From Scyliorhinus canicula (Eukaryota): 64,000 nt of DNA. The position numbers and the translations under genes were made by a program. The stretch covers positions 560,773-624,772 of the forward strand of contig NW_024056013.1 of NCBI RefSeq assembly GCF_902713615.1. The letters run 5' to 3'. The notes beneath the pieces are model-generated. The model searched no databases, was not told the DNA's origin, and saw nothing but the letters and a program-made list of their open reading frames with translations. Shown one piece after another: positions 36,993 to 50,039 of the stretch. Every line of letters starts with the position of its first letter. Within the stretch, counting starts at the first letter, position 1.

Positions 36993-38883
36993 AGTGACAA
37001 TTATCTCACTATCCAAATACAAATGACATTGAAGAAATCATACTGTTGCGGCTGCACAGAAAAAAATGTAATAACCGGATACATAAATTGCCAAACTGCA
37101 ATGTTAAACTCCTATTTAAGCAACTGACAAACATAACCAGGATTATAAAAATTAATTCAAAATATATTGAGCAATAGAACACTGCTGTAGAATCAGTATG
37201 TTATTATGAAAACATTTCCGGGCATAATCACAAACCATTTCCAGCGTAGAAACTTTTCCGGTGATACTAATGGTGTACAGAGCACAGGAGATCTGTGAAA
37301 GGCGATTGTGATTAATGTTATTAATATGGAAACATCTATGGTTAATATGGAGTTATATTACCGCATTATAATTATTTTAATTATATTAATGTTACTCTCC
37401 AATTGGAACATTGTAATTAAGTAGTTTGAGATTGCAGTAACTGATTGCGTTCTGAATTAATCCAATGATTGCTTAAATCCAGAATGAACAGTTAAAATTT
37501 TAAATAAGCCTCAAAATATCTAGAATTTCTTTCTTCATTTCCGAAACCTGTATATTCTCCCGACAATCGTGTTTCAAGCAGATTCAAACATGTGGACTGT
37601 TGCATGTAATCAGAATACGTGTAACCGCTTAATGCCACCAAGTATAAACAATACAGAAACAATGCAGTAAGCCAATCCACTTCACAAATTGGACTTATTG
37701 AAAGTCACCCAGACACAAAATCGCCTCAGCAGGAAAACACCAAAACTCATCACGAAGGGACTGAAGCCCATTTCAGCTCAATTCTACATTGAACACAATC
37801 GAACATATCATTTCAAAAACATCTCAATATCGAATCCAGCAAATCAGCTCGCCAGCAAATGTATCAAACTAAAGAGAAATATGGAATAATAGCAAAACCA
37901 TTGTAAGGCGGTGCAATAGGTCCAAAAATTATATTTAAACTTCACCACATTTTACTCGTATTGGGCCATATTTGAAACGTATTTCGACACTTCTTGTTTG
38001 CAGTAGATGGTAAAAGCTGCAAACAGCAGGTGACATCGGGATGAAACATTACAGAAAAGCTAAGCTCTTATTGCAGGAAGAAATTGTGTTCGGAAAGAGC
38101 GTCTTAAACCGTGCCTTTGTTAAATCTGCAACCACCACTTATTAAAAATGCGCTAATATCTGTAAGTCGGTGCCCGCAATCATGCTTGAAGCATATTCAA
38201 ACACGTAGACTGTTTGTATTCAACCACAAAGCATGTAAGCGCTCAATGTGACCGAGTTAAACAATGCAGAAACGCCAAACCGTTTCACAGATTTTCCTTA
38301 TTCAAAGTCACCCAGACACAATCTGCTCAGCAGTAAAACACCAAATCACATAGCGAGGGACTAAAACTGGTTTCACGGAGAAGCAGCTCAATACTACAAA
38401 CACTTTCAACAAAACCATAGAGCATTTCAAGACAACATCAATGTGGAACACACCAAACCCCCTTGTCATCAAGTGAATGAATAGTTAAACTAAACCGAAA
38501 GTTAATACTGAGTTAGATTTCAACTACTTGTGCACTAGAAGCTGAAATTTACAGCCACTAAATGTCAGCGAGATATAATATTACAGGAACGTCATACTGA
38601 TTTATAGACGGTAGGTACTTAAAGTAACCCGACCACACAGTATCCTCAGCAAATAAACATCAACTCGCAACAACCAGGGACTGAATCCCTCGGCAGAAAC
38701 CTTTGTCAACAGGCACAGTAATTCTATAACCCTTTTCGGCAGAATCACATGAAACATTGCAACAAAATCTCAATACAGAGTCCTCCAAAGAATATTTCAG
38801 TGAACGAATGAATTGTTGAAATAGAAAGAAAATAACACAAAGACTCAAATATATCAGTTAGTGAATTATTGAATGGTTCTTAC

Positions 38884-38931
38884 CTGCAGTCACTGTCACC
38901 ATGGTTCCTTTTCCCCAGAATACGAAGGCGC
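38884..38931 (-). CDS. IGHJ: IgH J segment AFVFWGKGTMVTVTA
   Basis: WGxG motif; donor G/GTAAGA in phase 1 matches Cmu1. Confidence 0.96.
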
Positions 38932-38970
38932 CACAATGTTTCATTCCCTGGGCTGCACCTTGCAATAACC
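38932..38970 (-). promoter_or_regulatory. J 23-RSS
   Basis: CACAATG (38932-38938), 23-bp spacer, GCAATAACC (38962-38970). Confidence 0.88.
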
Positions 38971-39298
38971 GGATCTGCACAAAATAGACAGAAATCCGCC
39001 ATTATTTTAATATTCACAAACCAGAGACAAAGTTAAGTCACGGTGAATTTGTGTTAAATTATAATGACATGTGTGGATAGCGTTCGCTTTTCATAAATTA
39101 TCCTTCCGGTTTATATTTCAGAGTAGTGTTTCATGAACATGTTGTTGAAAACACTCACTGATTAATGAATAATTATCAGATTTTCCATGTTCATTCTTTG
39201 TATTTGGGCAGTGATGGAAATAAATAATACTTCACTGTAAATACATTTAAATTGTAAAAGAGGGCACTGAGCCAGCCTCAGTGAATTAGTGCTGAGGG

Positions 39299-39362
39299 GC
39301 TTTTTGTATTGACAGTAACTGCTGTGCTAGTTATCACAGTGAGACACAGCGTGTCAAATACT
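39299..39362 (-). other. IgH D segment ATAACTAG (39327-39334) flanked by 12/12 RSS
   Basis: Plus strand: GCTTTTTGT-12-TGCTGTG [CTAGTTAT] CACAGTG-12-TCAAATACT. Confidence 0.9.
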
Positions 39363-39664
39363 GCAGCAGACTGTTAACTGTAAAATACAGAGACTTAATT
39401 TCACTGCGCTCTCAAAAACCGAACTCTGTCTCTTCCAACAGCGAATGGGTGAGTTATTTCAGCTTGTCCTGGTCATTCCATTTATAAAGAGGATCGGAAC
39501 ACTTTTAAACCATCTGTGCAGATTTAGCGTGTCGGTCAACAGAGATAAAGTGGAAGATCTTTTACATCTTTTTACAAACTAATGTTTTGTTTTTTTTAAA
39601 CCTGATTTACATTGACAACCCTGCTGTGGCGCTGATCACACATCTGAACAAACTCTTTCTCGAA

Positions 39665-39702
39665 GATTTTTGTATGAGGATGTCGCTGAGCACAGCACTG
39701 TG
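39665..39702 (-). promoter_or_regulatory. 22-bp RSS 3' of VH (probably the RSS of a joined D1)
   Basis: CACAGTG-22-ACAAAAATC on minus. Confidence 0.9.
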
Positions 39703-40021
39703 GGCCCCTGCAGTGATCTGCTTGCACAGTAATAAATGGCGGTGTCTTCAACCTTCAGGTTCGTCATGGACAAAGAGAATATATTGTTTGAAGTGTCCCT
39801 GGACGCAGTAAATCGATCTTTAATTGCTGGGGCGTAGCTGTTGTCTGATGAACTCATGTAGTTAAGCAGCCACTCCAGCCCGTGTCCGGGAAATTTTCGG
39901 ATCCAGTACGTGTTGTGGCTGCTGAGGTCGAAGCCGCTGGTTTTACAGGTCAGTGTCAGGGAGCCTCCGGGACGCCCGGTCTCTGCCTCCGGCTGAGTCA
40001 ACACAACCTGCGACTGGACAC
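39703..40021 (-). CDS. IGHV: IgH V exon, open frame, with extended 3' end
   Basis: [88 protein letters not shown]; acceptor TTTTTACAG. Confidence 0.96.
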
Positions 40022-40113
40022 CTGTAAAAATATATCAAAAAGCCCGAGGATTAATGCTGGTGAAATGATTGGTGACTCTGGAACATTCCAGAGAGAGAGT
40101 AACACTGAGAGAC

Positions 40114-40452
40114 TTAGAACAATACAGCACAGAACAGGCCCTTCGGCCCTCGATGTTGTGCCGAGCAATGATCACCCTACTCAAACCCACGTATCCACCC
40201 TATACCCAAAACACAACACCCCCCCCCCCAAAACCTTACTTTTTTAGGACACTACGGGCAATTTAGCATGGCCAATCCACCTAACCCGCACGTCTTTGGA
40301 CTGTGGGAGGAAACCGGAGCACCCGGAGGAAACCCACGCACACACGGGGAGGACGTGCAGACTCCGCACAGACAGTGACCCAGCCAGGAATCGAACCTGA
40401 GACCCTGGAGCTGTGAAGCATTTATGCTAACCACCATGCTACCGTGCTGCCC
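40114..40452 (-). mobile_element. young full-length HE1-like SINE in the VH leader intron
   Basis: Intact A/B boxes; tail near-identical to copies at 34233 and 50378. Confidence 0.92.
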
Positions 40453-40478
40453 CCACTTGGACAATAAAAACTACTCAC

Positions 40479-40524
40479 GGGATAAGAAAGTCAGCAACAA
40501 ACTGAGAGAAATGACCAGCCTCAT
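40479..40524 (-). CDS. IGHV: VH leader exon MRLVISLSLLLTFLS(R)
   Basis: 46 nt, hydrophobic, donor C/GTGAGT in phase 1. Confidence 0.93.
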
Positions 40525-40612
40525 CCTTCTGGCCATTTGGGGGAAATGGTTGTGTCAGGAACTCAGTGAACAAACCAGCGCCCGGACTGTTGGATTCGGG
40601 TCCCAGTGAGCG

Positions 40613-40682
40613 GCATTTAAATACCCGGCAGAAGGGGGCGGCTTTCCAGGCGCTGCCTGTTGATTCTTTGGTGGAGGCGGCA
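40613..40682 (-). promoter_or_regulatory. VH promoter: TATTTAAA and GC boxes
   Basis: Minus TATTTAAAT about 90 nt upstream of the ATG; GGGGCGG near 40635 and GGAGGCGG near 40673; no octamer seen nearby. Confidence 0.55.
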
Positions 40683-43399
40683 ACTGGATCCACGTCCCAC
40701 CTTCCACACCCCCAACAGAATGGACTCAGATATTTACTATAGGTTATTATTTTAAAAAGACATTTAGATCGGTATCGGTATATTCGTTTGGCTGAATGGA
40801 TTCATTGTAATGTCTATCCTCATCCGAATGGAAAATTATATTTGAGCAACTCTTAGTAAAATCTAATTCCATTATATATTAAGTCTCTTTATTTCTAATC
40901 TTCAATATAAAAGGATGAACATAAACAGATTAAATTACATTATCAGGGAATAAATCGTCTGTCTGTCTGATTTGCAACATTCTCGGTCTCTATCCCATTG
41001 CAACAATAAAGTATAATTTATCAGACGAAATGTAACTAAATTAATAACGTGATTACATTTGCAGTGCGGATGGCCATCATTGTACAATGTGGTCTGTCGA
41101 CAAAGAAAGCTCCTTACATTACACAATGTCTCTCCTTACATTTCTGGAACTGCCCCTGAGCCTCAGGCAGTCCTGTGAACATTAGCAGTAAAAGAAGCCG
41201 CTTGCCTGATAATTCAGCAGTGACTTGACAGAGAAACATAACATTCACACCAGCTTTTGACAGAGAAGTTAATGAATCAGAACGGACGCGGTGATCAGTA
41301 AAGTTATCCTTCAGCATCCAAATCATTGCTGCTAATTTTATTGGCCACTGGCGTTCACTGGTGTTGGGATGACAGGATATCAGGATTTTGCGACAATATC
41401 ACAGGAATAATGTTTATCTTCCACTGAAGCAGGTCATGAACTGGTCATTTCTCCACTCATGGCAGCAATGAGATGGATTGCTATTAATGGGAATCAGCAC
41501 AAATTAAACTGTACACAACACGCGCTGATCAGGTCTAAGAGTACGTTTAAATAAAATCAACAACTTGGAGAATATTCCAGGAATTCCGTCGGGTTCAAGA
41601 CAAATTTATGATATTCCTTTAATTTGACTTACTTTTTTTTACAAGTTCACTTATCTATTGGGCTTGTGGTTTGGGTCAATCAACACCACTCACTCCCACT
41701 TCATTAGGTTCTTAACAAATGGACTTTCATACGAGAGTGGACCTTTACCCAGAACTATATAAATTAAATAGCACCTGGTCAGTTTACTATTTTCCGATCA
41801 TGTTAATCTCAGGGTGAACAGAACATTCTCTGAATATATTTATTTGATGGAACACTATTTAAAACGTTTACTTCATGTGCGACTGAAACATTTATTGTTC
41901 GAGATGGATAATCCCATTTTGGCTATTCATATTCAGGCTAATCTGCCCCACACAGTATTTGGCAGCAATCCAGCCGCCTGCAGTCAGAGAGGCTCGAATG
42001 TTCAATGTTGTTTACAGGAAACATCTGGATTTTTTTTCAAAGATCTGTTTGCTCAGTACTGACCGCTTGGCTGCAAGCCAACTTCAAACTCTTAACATTG
42101 TCAATGAGGACTATTTATAAACAAATCTACCCAGCAACAGTACTGGAGATCATTTTATGTTTTAAATTGTGAACCTCTGTGAACGGTTCCCATCTCTATG
42201 GAAAGGAGAGTTATCCAGCTTCTCTGACCCCTCTTAGCAGCAATATTCCACTGGAGGATCTCTCCCACATCTCATAACATTGTGATGATGGATAGAAATA
42301 CAATCAGACTATCAGACAGACTATGAGGCAGAGGGTGCATTTTGTAATAGATAAACAGCACATTAAATTTTTTCCCCTTTATTCTTCCATAGAATGTGGG
42401 ACTCACTGTCAAGACCACCATGTGATCCCTGCCCCTAATTGATCTTCAACTGAGTGGTTTGCTGGGCCAGCTCAGAAGGAACTGAAGAGTCAGGCATGTT
42501 GCTGTCTGACTGGAGCCACGTGTAGGTGAGACCAGGGAGGGTTGTCAGATTTCCTTCATTGGTGAAGCAGAGTGGATTTCATGATCACCATTATTATGTA
42601 TTCCAGATTTATTAATTGAACTCAAATTCTCCCACCGTCCATGGTGGGATTTGCACCCAAGTCCCCACAGAATTAGCCTGGGCCTTTGGAGTACTGGTCC
42701 AATGACATTAATACTCCCCCATTATCCACCGAAATATAAAGGCTTACTGCTCTGATGTAGGGATGGATGTTGTTTGGTTACCTGAATATTTTGGTTGAAG
42801 AATCCGTGAATCGGGTTGGATGGATGGAAAGATGGTCCTGAACGATGATGTTCTACATTCTCAGTTTTGCGCTTGGTGACTTCACAAATTAAATCAGGTC
42901 CTTTATAATTTGTGTCAGTCTAATACATTCGGTGACTTAAGCTTTTCTGCGTGAATTCCATCCCCAGACTATCGGGAACCGACGGGCTGGACGTCACTAA
43001 GAGGAAACTGGAGATATTCCTGCAATTCTATTGACTTGTCTCTGCTGATGGTGAATTTTCGTCTCAAAGACAGAAAGCGGGAACATGATTACGTTGTGTT
43101 GGACGGCTGCAATATTTGGAACATGTGATAATTTCATGTACAATAAGTCACTCAAGATGTCTCTACCCAAATTAGTGAAGACACCAGAATAAAACATATC
43201 AATGTGAAAACAGAAATACTGTGGAACTCAGTGAACAGCTGCAAATGTTGAATTATTTTCCAAAACAGCGTAATAACAAATTGGGATTTAAAGATTCATT
43301 AACGTCACATTAGGTACAGGTATTTTCATTTTTACCATCACATGAAAAATCATCTCATATTCCAGTCATATGTCAGAGGATTATGTATGAAAATAAGTC

Positions 43400-43720
43400 G
43401 TGCACAGTGGTTAGCACTGCTGCCCTACAGCTCCAGGGTCCAGGTTCGATTCCTGGCTTGGGTGTCTGTCTGTGCGGAGCCTGCACATTCTCCCCGTGTC
43501 TGCGTAGACTTATTCTGGGTGATCCAGTTTCCTCCCACAGTCCGAAGATGTGCAGGTCAGGTTGACTGGCCATGCTAAATTGCCCCTTAAAGTCCAAAAG
43601 GTTATGTCGGGTTCCTAGGTTACGAGAATAAGGTGGAAGTGTCGTGTTAAGTAGGGGCCTCTTTGCAAGGGCTGGTACAGACTCGATGAGCCGAATGGTC
43701 TCCTTCTATACTGTAAATTG
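43400..43720 (+). mobile_element. HE1-like SINE
   Basis: Shared head, core and tail. Confidence 0.85.
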
Positions 43721-44149
43721 TATGATTCTCTGAGTCGATTACTTGCCAATACAGCGCAGAGGCTGCTGTGTAGCTGCCCATTATCCTCGGTGTGGTTTAA
43801 TTCCATTTCACATTGAATTCCGCTGCAGATGTGACTTCTTGGTGACAGAATGGTCAATGCTATCTCAATGAAATTTAATCTCAATAAATTATGTTAAACA
43901 TCGGAACACAGGAATTAGGAGCAGAAGTAGGCAATTCAGCCCATCGAGCCTGCTCCACCATTCAATCATAATGGCTGATCTCTTCCTGGTCTCAAATCTA
44001 TCTCCCTTAAATTAATTGCATTTACAAAAATTAAATGCCGAAAATAATTGGTGAATGTAACTATTTATGTTGTGAGTTGATGATAATTGATGAATATAGT
44101 TATTTAACTTTGTGAATTGTGACAATTGGTAACATTCGCCATGAAAGTG

Positions 44150-45250
44150 CTAAAGAATGACCATCTCCACCAAATAGAATCTAACAATCTCTCCTTGACA
44201 TTCAGTGATATTGCTATCGCTGAATCCCCCATTATCAATACAGTGGGTTACCATTGACCAGAAACTGTCCTGGACTGACCATATAAATGCTGAGGCGACA
44301 TGATCCGGTCAGGGTCAGGAAACCTGCTGCGATTAACTCACTCCTGATTCCCAAAGCCTGTTCACCATCTACAAGGCACAAGACAGGAGTGTAATTGAAT
44401 ATTCTCCAATTGCCTGGCTGGGTGCAGCTCCAACAAAATTGAAGAAACTTGACACCATCCAGGCCAAAGCAGCCCGCTTGATTGTCACCCTATGCGCAAA
44501 CACTTATTCCAACCAGCACCGAAGAACAATGGCAATAATGTATCATCCACAAGATGCACTGCAGGAACGCAACAAGTCTCATTTGAAACACCTTCTAAAC
44601 CCAGGACCATTACGTTCTGGGGCAGCACGGCAGCACGGTAGCCTTGTGGATAGCACAATCGCTTCACAGCTCCAGGGTCCCAGGTTCGATTCCGGCTTGG
44701 GTCACTGTCTGTGCGGAGTCTGCACATCCTCCCCGTGTGTGCGTGGGTTTCCTCCGGGTGCTCCGGTTTCCTCCCACAGTCCAAAGATGTGCGGGTTAGG
44801 TGGATTGGCCATGATAAATTGCCCTTAGTATCCAAAATTGCCCTTAGTGTTGGGTGGGGTTACTGGGTAATGGGGATAGGGTGGAGGTTTTGACCTTGGA
44901 TAGGGGGTAGGGTGCTCTTTCCAAGAGCCGGTGCAGACTCGATGGGCCGAATGGCCTCCTACTGCACTGTAAATTCTATGTAATTCTATGTAATCTATGT
45001 TCTAGAAGGAAAGGACAGCTGACACATGGGAAGATCACCACGTGGGAATTCCCTTCATAATCTCTCACTATCCTGACTTGAAAATATACCGCCGAATCTT
45101 CGCTGTCGCTGGTTCAAAAGCCTAGAACTCCCTCCCTAACAGCATCGTCGGTGTACCTACACCAGAGTGACTGCAGAGGTTCTAACACCCATTCCACCGC
45201 CACTTTGTGAAGGGTAATTAGCGATGGACAATACACCATGGCCTAGCCAG
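44150..45250 (+). mobile_element. old CR1/L2-like LINE 3' region with a nested HE1-like SINE (44622-44995)
   Basis: YKAQ.RSV.EYSP.AW..AA.TKLKKLDTIQ.KAARLI remnants; full SINE inside. Confidence 0.75.
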
Positions 45251-46249
45251 CGACAGCAGTATAAACCTGTACTAATCATTGTGAAATGATCCTAATTCGT
45301 GAATCTAATTATTTATATTCATGAATGAATGCAAATTGGTGAACATAATTGCTATGTTTCTGAATATTAACGGCCTTTACCTTCTCTGCTGGAAGATATA
45401 AGCCATCCCAGCGGAGATTCATGATGCAAAATCATAACCAATATCTGAAAACAAAGTGGACAGAGGAAACTGCAGCAACTATTGGCATATCTCACTTATA
45501 GCAGCACTGGGAAGGCCTTTGCTGGCTTCACACTTTAAAGACTTCATCTGCTTGCAGGCCGAATGTAGCTGGAAGCACGGTGCGGTGTTCGTGTCCCAAG
45601 ATTCACTCTGGACATGACGTGCTCCCTCTGCCACATGTCTACTTCTTCACCTTACTTTCAGCAATCTCAATAAACATTCGACACGATCAGCAGAGCAGGG
45701 GCTATAAGATTTGGGGAAGATTGGCTGTCTGCTAAAGATCCCCTGTCTCATTCACTCCTTCCACGGCAAAATTCGCTGCACTGTACAGATTGATGATTCC
45801 ACTTCCGACAGATTCTAAGTGAATAATTGAGTGAAAGAGGACCGTGTCCCACACCCAACTCTATTCGGCATCTTCCTCTCCATACTGATGATCTTCGCTT
45901 TCTCTGAAGGTATGGATGAAATGCACTTGCTCACTCGGTCAGGCTGCAATTTCTACAACCTTTCAGTCATCAAACCGGAGACAATCACAATACATCCTCG
46001 TTAAATAATTCCTCTGCACAGAAAATTCGGTCATCCAAACAAAACATCATCCACAGAGACTCATGTCCCCACCGCTTGTAACGTGTTTTTCCTCTTCATA
46101 AGCATGAGGAACAGTGGCCGTGGGACAAGGTGTTGCACTCTCGCCATGGTCACACTAAATAAGAGCCGATGAGCCGATTCCGCTGCCGAGTTTCCATGTT
46201 GAGAGACGCCTTGATGTAGAATGTAATGCCGACATGGGGAAAGCAGATG

Positions 46250-46800
46250 CGATATTTGCTTGACTCATTAAATATCCATGGAATATCATCAAGCTGACCC
46301 TTTGGAACAAGCAGATGGTTTATAAGGCCTGAATTCTCAGAACCTTGTTGTATCGCTGTGAAACAAGAAACACTTACAGTTGTCAAGAAAAACAACTCAA
46401 CCAATTTCACCTTTGTTGTCCACAGTGCATTGTGCATATTTACTGCCAGGACAAAATCAGAAATGCGGCAGTACTCTGAAAGACAAAGCTTCCACGTCCC
46501 CTCAGTACCATTAAAAAGGAGGTTTGCACGGTTATAGTATGGACCATACTAATTTGGAAGATGGTCACATGCCCAAGGAGTTTCCACATCCCAGTGGCAA
46601 GTCCGATATCCCGCTTCAAGGATTCTTCTCAGCTTGACATAATGTCCCGAAACCTGAACATTGATCACCGCAATTGGGTGTCATCAGCTGCAACTGAAAA
46701 AATGGCGACACTTCCGGTGGGCTGGTGTGAACCACCAGGACAAGTGGCTTTAGCAGCTTTGGAATAGACACAAACCGAGAAAATGACAACCCGGAACGAC
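46250..46800 (+). mobile_element. degenerate RTE-like LINE 3' region
   Basis: LLY.CET..TY..QEKQLNQFHL.C..CI.HI..QDKI.N..VL remnant. Confidence 0.6.
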
Positions 46801-47879
46801 AATTGGGAGCTTCATGTACAACACTTGTGTCAATACTAGTGGATGTATTTGCTATTGGAAATAGTAGGATGTCGTGATATTTGTGAAATGCAGTTGTACA
46901 CAACATGTGTTTCACACAAACACACACGCAGGCACACACCGATTCTGTCTCACAAACATATCCAGAGGAACCGATATACATACATGCCCATAAACGCATT
47001 CAGTCTCTCACTCACGCACTCTCTCTGTCTTCCACGCACACACCTTTTCCCTTTCAAATTAAAATTCCATGTTAACTTACTGAGGAGCTTCGGAGACAAC
47101 GACCCCAACCATCTTCCGGGTTGTATAATCAACCAATAAACTCTCTCCAGCACCATGTTTATTAAGATGAATATAACATTTTCCATGAACTCCATACAGC
47201 GCCCAGGTAAACATTCGTCTATTTAACAAAGATGAACAAAAATGTGTGACCAGGAATTGAGCCGCTTTGTTCTGGTGCTGATCTCAATGTGTGAGAATCA
47301 GCCACCAACACCTGCAATGAGTTACACCTTAAATCCTGGCACCTCCCGCAGAAGGCGATGTGATATTATATTTGTGGAAATGGTTTATTGTCACATCAAC
47401 ATCGTGGATCACACCAAACAACGACATTTTCACAGTAACTGCAATTGCAATGTTTGGCCAGCAGATGGCACTTAAATCGAGATGTCTGACATTACATGAA
47501 ACAGACATTGCCTCGATAATTACTGCAATGATCCCCGTCTCTGTTAATTTTAATTGGGCTCCATCTGTATTTTTGTTAGGTTAGACTCTACCTTTGTTTA
47601 TAATACACGGCACTTTGTTTCAATTAATAATGCACCAGGACATGTCAATGTTTATAGCGCACAATCACTGTGATCCCATTTTCAATGTATAGGATCTTGG
47701 CCTCTGCAGTTTGCCACCTCCAGACCTGAATAGGAATGAACAATTAAACAAATAGCCGAAATAGGAGCCCCCAAAAAATGCCCCTCTTCAATGATGGGGA
47801 CCCCAGCACGTCAGAACAAAAGACAAGACTGAACGTTTCTGTCAGACTTACCGAGGATGGTCTTCATCATCATCATGGA

Positions 47880-49080
47880 TGTTAGTCGTCAGGAAATTTG
47901 ATTCATTCCACTTGATATCAAGAACCGGCTTACGGCGCTGCAAATATTATTATCCCTGGCAATAGTCCAACAATAATACTGAAGATTTATGCCCTAGAAC
48001 TGGCTGCGACCCAGGCAAGTTGCTGCAGTACAGGTACGGCACTGGTATGTACCCAACAATGTGTAACATTGCCAATCATAACCCGTCCGCAAAAGGCAGC
48101 ATAAATCCAATCCGGCCAATTATTGCCCCATCAGTCTGCACTCGAGCATCAGCAACTTCATGAAAAGTGTCAAGGATCATCCTGTCACGTATCCTGTTCT
48201 AGCATAGTATCCCCGGCCCAAGCATCACCCATCATAAGGTCAGAAGTGGGGATGATCGCTGATCATTACCCAATGTTCTGCACCATATTCGACTCCTCAA
48301 ATACTGAAGCAGTATGTCTACATATGCAGGAAGACTTGGACAACATACAGACTAGGGCTGACAAGTGTCAAAAAGCGAGATTCTAACCATCTCAGCTTGA
48401 TTTTTGAATGGCACTACCGTGATTGAATCCCCCACTATCAACATCCTATGGATTAGCATTGGTGAAAAACTGAACTGGGAGAACCATTTAAATAATGTGA
48501 CTACAAGGGCAGGTCAGTGGCTGGAAATTCTGCGGTGAGTAACTCACCCGAACTTCCCAAACCCTATAACATCATATGTAAGGCAGGTCATGATTTTGAC
48601 TGAATATTCTCTATTTGTCTGAAGTGTGCCCCTCAACCAAAACTTGAGAATCTCGAAGCCTCCCGGGACAAAGCGGCCGGCTCAAGGAACACCCCATCCA
48701 CCAGCGGAAACATTCACTCCCTGCATCACGGGTGGATAATTCTAGCAGCGTTAACGATACACAAGAATCTACTGCAACAACTGCCTACTTCGATAGCACC
48801 TTCCAAACCCACGAACTCAGCCATCTAAAAGGACCAGACCCAGCAGATGCACTGTAACAGCAGGACCTGCAAGTTCGCTGCCAAGCCACACACCATTCTG
48901 ATGGGAACTATGTGCCTGTTCCTTCACTGTCTCTGGTTAAAATCCTGGAACTCCCTTTCTATCAGCTCTGTGGGTGGACTTACTCAGTATGGAATGCAAT
49001 GGTTCAATAAGAGTGCTCAGCACCACATTCTCAATTGGGAATTGGCATTAAATGCTGCCATTATTGGTGACGCCAAGATC
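47880..49080 (+). mobile_element. old CR1/L2-like LINE fragments
   Basis: IP.IV...LK..A.ELAA, MIAD....F.TI..S remnants; similar to 44150-44600. Confidence 0.55.
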
Positions 49081-49799
49081 CCATTAAAACATTTAAAACA
49101 GGTAATAACCCAGTTTACATTCACCCAGACCCCGCCTATTTTTACGTTACACTCGGCCGTGTGTCTATCACATTGTAGCAGGTCCTGTCTCAATTTTCCT
49201 GCACTCGGCTGAATATCAGTTGTTAATATACAGGCCCACACGCTGTTTATATTAAACATCGTTAATTATGACGCACCTGAACCACGTCTCGGTTAGTCTG
49301 GAAGAAAAACTCACAATGGTAAGGTACAGACTTAGAACGTTTATCCGTGCATCGTAAACTGGAACAACGTTCTGTTTACATCACATGTGACTCTGTCTCA
49401 GTTATTACTCTAATAGATAGGTAGATTCTACTAAAGTCAATCATGCTTTAGTTAACGCTGCACCTGTCTATGTCCCTGTTTATATAACACTCGGCCCCTG
49501 CCTCTGTTATCTTGTATGTACGATATTCCATCTATTTCTGCATCAGGGCCATGTCTCAGTTTGTATCAGTCACTACTCTGCTAGACCAAACCAGTTTAGA
49601 ATGCACGAGACCCAGACCTGTTATGCTATCGGCGGAACGGTGGCACAGTGGTAAGCCCTGTTGTCTCAAAGCGCCAGGGTTCATTTCCTGACTGCCTGTT
49701 TGGAATTTGCACTTTCTCCCTTTTGTCAGAGTGTGTTTCCTTCCATAGTTCACAAGATGATGCAGGTTAGGTGGATTGGCCATTCTGTATGGCCAGGCT

Positions 49800-49872
49800 G
49801 TTTCTGTAGTGTAGTGGTTATCACATTCGCTTTACACGCGAATGGTCTCCGGTTCGACACCGGGCAGAAACA
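49800..49872 (+). tRNA. tRNA-Val-TAC: tRNA-Val, anticodon TAC
   Basis: GTTTCTG/CAGAAAC acceptor stem, TTCGC-TTTACAC-GCGAA anticodon arm, GGTTCGA T-loop, 73 nt. Confidence 0.85.
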
Positions 49873-49965
49873 TCTGGTGCTTCCAGTTTAGTCTGTAGCT
49901 AAATATTACCTCGATCTCGTAACTGGTCTTCGTCATCGAGGATTGTAAAAGGCTGAAACTGCTGT

Positions 49966-50039
49966 GGGCCAGTGGCGCAATGGACCACGCGTCTGACTAC
50001 GAAGCAGGAGATTTCAGGTTCGACTCCTGGGCTGGCTCG
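49966..50039 (+). tRNA. tRNA-Arg-ACG: tRNA-Arg(ACG), probably a pseudogene
   Basis: GGGCCAGTGGCGCAATGGA..CGCGTCTGACTACG.. resembles vertebrate Arg-ACG, but has an anticodon-stem A:G mismatch and an extra G after the T stem; TTTT at 50049. Confidence 0.75.

Noticed and set aside
39039-39077. CACGGTG as an extra RSS between D and J
   Set aside because: No nonamer at 12 or 22/23 bp
39703-40021. TAILV-type orphan Ig-like V
   Set aside because: It has its own D, J and full mu C region and looks like a conventional shark VH
47080-47320. Possible V pseudogene after a TTGCAG/GTGTT acceptor
   Set aside because: No Cys, WYRQ, YYC or RSS in any frame
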